DNA of 46,831 bases from the NCBI GenBank assembly GCA_003645615.1, contig QNBE01000001.1, forward strand, positions 1 to 46,831, read 5' to 3'. Shown in pieces: positions 42,591 through 46,831 of this stretch. The position numbers were made by a program, and so were the translations under genes. Position 1 is the stretch's first letter. Each line of letters begins with the position of its first letter. The stretch comes from a candidate division WOR-3 bacterium. GTDB taxonomy: Bacteria; Hydrothermota; Tepidihabitantia; B36-G15. Under the pieces are notes generated by a model, which ran no database searches, had not been told where the DNA came from, and saw nothing but the letters and a program-made list of their open reading frames with translations.

Positions 42591-44011
42591 AGCCTCACCT
42601 CGGTCGGGATAAGATTACTTCCCGAAAAGGAGAAGAGCGGCCAGGTCTGGGGGGAGTCGATTGGGATAGTGGCCACTCCCTCGGGAAGCAGCGGATGAAC
42701 TCTTGGCTCAGCCTCGATGCTGTAGCTCTTGGTGCCAACACGGACGGTATTATAATCGGTAAGCCTCATTCTGACCAGATCCTTCTGACTTAGCCAGATC
42801 CAGAGCGGTCTCTGAAAAAGATCGCGAAAGTGGATTGGTGAGGGAACACCATAAAGGGTAATTGTTCCCTTACCCTTCTTTCCTCTCCCTTCAATGCGAC
42901 GGAAGAGGAAATCATCATCAACAACCACCGGTTCATAGCGAAGGGGTTTGATACCGGTGGCGATCATACCGATCAATTTCTCAATCGGATAGACCCCTGA
43001 TGGGGGTGGGAAAGGTTCCGCAGTCTCAAAGCCACCCACCGTCCGCACCTTTCCTCCCTTCTCGGCACTAATTGCCGCCGGGAGGAGGATCCAGCCCCGC
43101 TTGGGCTCGATGGTGAAGGTGGTGGTGGTGATCAATCTCACCCCCTTTAAAAGATCGGCGAAGTAGAGGAGTTCATCACCGAAGTTGAGGATGAGTTTTA
43201 TCTTCCCACCCTTCACATCCCGGATCAGATCCTCAAATGTGCCATCGCCGGACCAACCAACCTTTGTGGTAATGGTGATCACCTTCTTCTTCAGAGAGCG
43301 AGCTAAATACTGGAGGGCGAGACCGGCCGCAACCGGATCTGAAAACCGGGCTGGAGTTATCGCTCCGATGATGAGGGTCGGATGCTCTTTCACATCTGCC
43401 ACCATCGATGCAAACTCTTTTCGCTCCAGGACCTCGGTTAACCCCTTCGCCTCCTCACCCGGAGAAAGAGGGAGGAAATGGTCGGCAAAGGAGACGATCC
43501 GGGAGGGTAATGAATCGAGGTGGTAGAGAACGGTCCCCTTCCGATAGCGGAAGTTGAGGATGGAGTTAGCGATGATCGGACCGGCCTCAAAGAGACTGCC
43601 GAAGGTGATCAATCTTTCGGCGGATTCAATCTCGGAGAGGTTTCCTACCGTAACCCCATCGAGCTGGAAATCGCCTCCACCCAGACCGATCGGGATGATC
43701 CGGACCTTAAGCGCCCGGGCCAATCCCCTGATCAGCTGAAATTCATCTAAGGTCAGCTCACTGCCCACCGTGATCACCATCGACTCCTGATAACGGGAGA
43801 TAAGATCCTTTATCTTCTTAATTGTCGCCTCCCAGGAGGTGGGTAGGAATTCAACCACCGGGTTGGTGAGACGACGGCCACTCTTCAAGAGGATCTCATT
43901 GGCACAGCCCCGGGCACAGAGTCTTCCATCCCTATAATTGAGGCCAATAATTCCGAGGTCATCGGTATCGACCGCAAATCGGCAGGCGAGGTTGCAGTAG
44001 CTACATCTCAT
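42569..44011 (-). CDS. Short MopB (molybdopterin oxidoreductase/formate dehydrogenase alpha)-like protein, probably without a Mo/W active site
   Basis: An N-terminal C3-x2-C6-x3-C10-x22-C33(ARG) motif matches the MopB [4Fe-4S] domain (compare FdhF CPYCASGC...LCLKG). A C-terminal beta-barrel-like segment is present (LWIWLSQKDLVRMRLTDYNTVRVGTKSYSIEAEPRV). The protein is only 480 aa and has no Cys after residue 37. Confidence 0.6.
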   Translation of the reverse strand: MRCSYCNLACRFAVDTDDLGIIGLNYRDGRLCARGCANEILLKSGRRLTNPVVEFLPTSWEATIKKIKDLISRYQESMVITVGSELTLDEFQLIRGLARALKVRIIPIGLGGGDFQLDGVTVGNLSEIESAERLITFGSLFEAGPIIANSILNFRYRKGTVLYHLDSLPSRIVSFADHFLPLSPGEEAKGLTEVLERKEFASMVADVKEHPTLIIGAITPARFSDPVAAGLALQYLARSLKKKVITITTKVGWSGDGTFEDLIRDVKGGKIKLILNFGDELLYFADLLKGVRLITTTTFTIEPKRGWILLPAAISAEKGGKVRTVGGFETAEPFPPPSGVYPIEKLIGMIATGIKPLRYEPVVVDDDFLFRRIEGRGKKGKGTITLYGVPSPIHFRDLFQRPLWIWLSQKDLVRMRLTDYNTVRVGTKSYSIEAEPRVHPLLPEGVATIPIDSPQTWPLFSFSGSNLIPTEVRLWRGRST

Positions 44012-44829
44012 AAGAAGGGATCCTCCTTAAGATCCTTGATCATATCCCAGGTGAGGACCGGACCATCCTTACAGACATAATAGGGGCCCAAGCGGCAGTG
44101 GTTGCACTTGCCGATACCACAGGACATATTCTTCTCCATCGAGAGATAGATCGTCTCCGGAGCAAAACCGGCCTCAACCAGTCTCATGGTAACAAACTTT
44201 AGCATGATCGGAGGTCCGCAGACGACCGCAACGCTATTCTTAAAGTTGACCGGAATCTCCTCTAAGATTACCGTTACCACCCCGGTCGGTCCCTTCCAGG
44301 TCTCATCGCCGACATCGACCGTCTGGACGATATCAAGCTTCTTCACTTTTTCCCACTCGGGGAAGAGGCGTTTATAGACGATATCCTTAGGGGTCCGGGC
44401 CCCATACCGGAGATAGATCCTCTTGAAATCTCGGACCCGATCGAGCAGGGCAAGGAGGAGAGAACGGAGCGGGGCCATACCGACCCCACCACCAACGATG
44501 AAGATCTCCTTCCCCTTCCAGCTGTCGATCGGATAGGGCTTACCATAAGGTCCCCTGATCCCTAAGAGATCGCCGGGTTTGAGTTCGAAGAGGGCGGAGG
44601 TAACCCTCCCCACCTTCATGATGGTGAGTTCTAACTTCTCTGGATCATTAGGATTGGAGGATGGAGTGAACGGGGCTTCACCAACACCGGGAACGGTCAG
44701 CTCCACGAACTGACCGGCCTCAAAATCGATCGGCTTGGAATCGAGGACAAAGGTCCTTATCGTAGGCGTCTCCTCAATCACTTCCTTAAGACGGCAGGGC
44801 AGTGGGGTGTAGGGGTTCTTCACTGCCAT
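44008..44829 (-). CDS. Sulfhydrogenase gamma / AsrB / PyrK-like FAD-NAD(P)-binding [2Fe-2S] subunit
   Basis: FAD/NAD fold motifs (GQFVELTVPGVGEAPFTPSS, GPYG, FIVGGGVGMAPL) and a C-terminal cluster CGIGKCNHCRLG..YVC. The preferred start is the ATG at 44829 (MAVKNPY...). Confidence 0.8.
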   Translation of the reverse strand: MAVKNPYTPLPCRLKEVIEETPTIRTFVLDSKPIDFEAGQFVELTVPGVGEAPFTPSSNPNDPEKLELTIMKVGRVTSALFELKPGDLLGIRGPYGKPYPIDSWKGKEIFIVGGGVGMAPLRSLLLALLDRVRDFKRIYLRYGARTPKDIVYKRLFPEWEKVKKLDIVQTVDVGDETWKGPTGVVTVILEEIPVNFKNSVAVVCGPPIMLKFVTMRLVEAGFAPETIYLSMEKNMSCGIGKCNHCRLGPYYVCKDGPVLTWDMIKDLKEDPFL

Positions 44830-45797
44830 ACGATCTCCCTGATGTCGATATTGGCCGAGCACCCCTTAAGACAACGGCCACAACCGGAGCAGGCGAACCG
44901 GTCATGATACTGTTTAAAATATTCGAACTTGCAGTGGAAACGGTTCTTGAATCGTGATAGGAAGTCGGGTCTCGGATTCATTCCACCCCCGACCCGAGCA
45001 TAGGCAGCATAATAGCAGGCATCCCAGACCCTGATCCGGTCAAAACCCTTCTTGGCCTTGACATCGTAGAGGAGGAAGCAGTAACAGGTTGGACAGGCAA
45101 AAAGGCAGCTGAAACACTCAACACAGCCATCAAGTTTCTCCATCCAAAACTCATCATCATCGGGTAGTTGCTCCCTAAGTCGCTTGCCCCGATTTATCTC
45201 CTCAAGGCGGGCCATGGCTCTCTTTCTCGACTCCTCCCGGGCCTTAAGCTGGCCCTCGGTTGGCTCCGATCCCAAACCCTTACTCTCCAGGAACTCTTTA
45301 CCCCGCTTCGAAACTGGATCAATGAGATAGCCATCATCCAAGGGGGTGAGATTGAGATCGCTCCCGGCCTCGACCCAAGGGGTGAGATCTACGAGGTTAC
45401 AGAAACAGGACTCTGCCGGGGTGGGACAATCGACCGAGATAAGAAATAGCTGTTTCTTCCGCTCCAAGTAGAAAGGATCCTGGAACTCGCCCTGACCGAA
45501 TATCCGATCATAAACCCAGACCCCATAGATATCGCACTGCTTGGGTCCGATCACAATCTGTTCCGGTATCGACTTCCTCACCTCCTTGGGAAAGGAGGCG
45601 ACAAACTCCGAGGGGGGGAAGAGGAAGTTCTTAAGTGAAGATGTGGGACGGATTCCGGCCAGGGCGTCATGGTCGACATTCCCATCATACCGGTGGTAAT
45701 TGATTCTCTCCCCGGTTCGATAGGGAAGATAGACCGTTTTGGTCTCGGCCAGCCTCCTGATCAGTTGTTCCAACTGGGATCGGGAGAGGAATCTCAT
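44820..45797 (-). CDS. Sulfhydrogenase beta / AsrA-like iron-sulfur subunit
   Basis: CVECFSCLFACPTCYC ... WDACYY ... CSGCGRCLKGCSANIDI is the HydB/AsrA signature arrangement. Confidence 0.8.
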   Translation of the reverse strand: MRFLSRSQLEQLIRRLAETKTVYLPYRTGERINYHRYDGNVDHDALAGIRPTSSLKNFLFPPSEFVASFPKEVRKSIPEQIVIGPKQCDIYGVWVYDRIFGQGEFQDPFYLERKKQLFLISVDCPTPAESCFCNLVDLTPWVEAGSDLNLTPLDDGYLIDPVSKRGKEFLESKGLGSEPTEGQLKAREESRKRAMARLEEINRGKRLREQLPDDDEFWMEKLDGCVECFSCLFACPTCYCFLLYDVKAKKGFDRIRVWDACYYAAYARVGGGMNPRPDFLSRFKNRFHCKFEYFKQYHDRFACSGCGRCLKGCSANIDIREIVWQ

Positions 45798-46195
45798 CCG
45801 GTTACCCTGGCTAAGATCTCATCGATATCCCCATCCCTCAGGTGGCGGTTGACACCGAAGAAGAGTACCGGGGCGTGGGTGCGAAGCCTGAGGTAGTCGA
45901 TGAGGGTTGAGATCGGGAGAGAATGGGTTGTGATCGAGCAATCCCTGCTGGGGGAGGTAGTAAGGATGAAATCTCTATCAGATCTTATCGCATCGGTGAG
46001 GACGATCAGATCCGGATCGAGACCAACTACTTTTTCCAGATAATTCTCGGGATAGAGTCCAGCCTCAACAACCTTAAAACCCAATTCCTGCAACCGTTGA
46101 GCAAGATAGAGGCCGCGAGAGTCAGGAACGACTTCCCAATTCCCAATCGCCAGACAGACCGGGCGTTTATATCCTCTCAGTAGCTTGCTCATCAT
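45794..46195 (-). CDS. hycI: Hydrogenase maturation endopeptidase (HycI-like)
   Basis: It aligns by eye to E. coli HycI: AIGNWEVVPDSRG (compare CVGNSMMGDDGAG), LIVLTDAI (compare LLIVDAT) and ITTHSLPISTLIDYL (compare TTHNMPLNYLIDQL). The start is the ATG at 46195 or the TTG at 46207. Confidence 0.7.
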   Translation of the reverse strand: MMSKLLRGYKRPVCLAIGNWEVVPDSRGLYLAQRLQELGFKVVEAGLYPENYLEKVVGLDPDLIVLTDAIRSDRDFILTTSPSRDCSITTHSLPISTLIDYLRLRTHAPVLFFGVNRHLRDGDIDEILARVTG

Positions 46196-46216
46196 ATCAC
46201 ACGTCAAAGCGTAAGC

Positions 46217-46244
46217 ATTTTATTGAGGGGGGAGAGATTGTCAA
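46217..46244 (-). promoter_or_regulatory. Sigma70-like promoter of the hydrogenase operon
   Basis: On the minus strand: TTGACA (46244-46239), 16-nt spacer, TAAAAT (46222-46217). Confidence 0.5.
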
Positions 46245-46270
46245 TATCCCCAATTCAAAAAATTTTGAGA

Positions 46271-46298
46271 TTGACCCCAGATCCGCTCCAGATAAGAT
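46271..46298 (+). promoter_or_regulatory. Sigma70-like promoter of the radical SAM gene, divergent from the hydrogenase promoter
   Basis: TTGACC (46271-46276), 16-nt spacer, TAAGAT (46293-46298), 5 nt, GTG at 46304. Confidence 0.5.
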
Positions 46299-46303
46299 CT
46301 TAG

Positions 46304-46831
46304 GTGGCGGTTGATCCCAAGGAAGCTGCAGAGAGGGTAAGGGAGAAGGTTGTCAAAGGATTGATGAGGAGATACTATCGGGTGGGGAGGACCGGCCGGT
46401 TCTACGGCGGGATCGCCACTGCGGACTGTTGCGGCTGTAACCTCGCCTGTATCTTCTGCTGGTCGAACTACCCGAGAGAACATCCTGAGATTGGGCGATT
46501 CTACCAGCCCGAGGAGATCGGCCGAATCCTTATCCAGAAGGCGAAAAAGAAGGGCTACCACCAGGTTCGGATTAGCGGAAATGAACCGACCTTAGCCAAG
46601 GATCATCTGATGAGGGTGATTGAGATCGTCAACCGGTCCGGCCTCATCTTCATCTTAGAAACCAATGGCACCCTTATCGATTCCGATTTTGCCAAGGACC
46701 TGAGGGATTTCTCCCACCTCCATGTCCGGGTCTCACTCAAGGGGGCAAATGAAGAGGATTTTGCTCGACTCACCCAGTCCGACCGGGTCGGGTTTCAGCT
46801 CCAGCTTGATGGACTCAGCCACCTCATCTCC
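46304..46831 (+). CDS. Radical SAM protein (3' end outside the window)
   Basis: My own translation gives VAVDPKEAAERVREKVVKGLMRRYYRVGRTGRFYGGIATADCCGCNLACIFCWSNYP..., which contains CX3CX2C (CNLACIFC). RISGNEPTL and ILETNGTL follow. The frame is open to the window end, and the gene is not in the ORF track. An alternative start is the ATG at 46364. Confidence 0.75.
   Translation, partial: MAVDPKEAAERVREKVVKGLMRRYYRVGRTGRFYGGIATADCCGCNLACIFCWSNYPREHPEIGRFYQPEEIGRILIQKAKKKGYHQVRISGNEPTLAKDHLMRVIEIVNRSGLIFILETNGTLIDSDFAKDLRDFSHLHVRVSLKGANEEDFARLTQSDRVGFQLQLDGLSHLIS

Noticed and set aside
42569-44011. Calling the MopB-like gene a bona fide formate dehydrogenase and the operon a formate hydrogenlyase
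   Set aside because: The protein is only 480 aa, has no Cys or Sec beyond residue 37, and no formate channel gene is nearby. I keep this as an open alternative rather than an annotation.
1-46831. Genome-wide reassignment of TGA (genetic code 4 or 25) as the explanation for the in-frame TGA at 28065
   Set aside because: Many well-supported genes here terminate at TGA at the expected length (tamB at 860, priA at 2737, LysM at 7370, recO at 13560, the hydB-like gene at 44820, and others). TGA is therefore a normal stop in this organism.

Overview
This is a gene-dense 46.8 kb window of about 50% GC by eye, with no rRNA genes, CRISPR arrays, transposases or integrases. It most likely comes from an uncultivated anaerobic bacterium. 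The lineage exports proteins with T9SS-type C-terminal sorting domains, which suggests the FCB superphylum or a related candidate phylum; that placement is inference only.

Content from left to right:
- tamB (partial), priA and a nucleotide-sugar dehydrogenase.
- A secreted BNR-like T9SS protein, tRNA-Asn(GTT), and coiled-coil lipoprotein and LysM genes.
- A conserved phoH / 7TM-HD / ybeY / corC block, followed by recO and an M23 peptidase.
- A YVTN propeller gene, the bifunctional FBP aldolase/phosphatase, capA and phzF.
- A frameshifted arsR-like gene that sits behind a 28-bp palindrome.
- A DUF763 gene, and two large YVTN-repeat T9SS paralogs in inverted orientation flanking mscS, a DUF72 gene and a small T9SS protein.
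- An FG-GAP T9SS gene interrupted by one in-frame TGA.
- A C26 amidotransferase and an orphan ABC substrate-binding protein.
- A roughly 15 kb, 20-gene minus-strand operon at 31.2-46.2 kb.
- A divergently transcribed radical SAM gene (3' partial).

The operon is the main candidate for something new. It joins a group-4 [NiFe]-hydrogenase core (NuoH/B/C/D/I-like subunits) to a complete Mrp antiporter, an extra antiporter-like subunit, a HycB-like ferredoxin and a cysteine-poor MopB-like protein. It also carries a sulfhydrogenase-type HydB/HydG pair and a HycI-like protease.

Other recurring signals:
- A stereotyped promoter geometry (TTGACA-N16-TAnnnT, then about 5 nt, then the start codon) that implies leaderless mRNAs for at least eight genes.
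- Strong GATC over-representation in my hand-counted samples.
- 126-bp coding tandem repeats that are nearly identical at the DNA level.

All functional calls rest on motif recognition by eye. No database search was possible.
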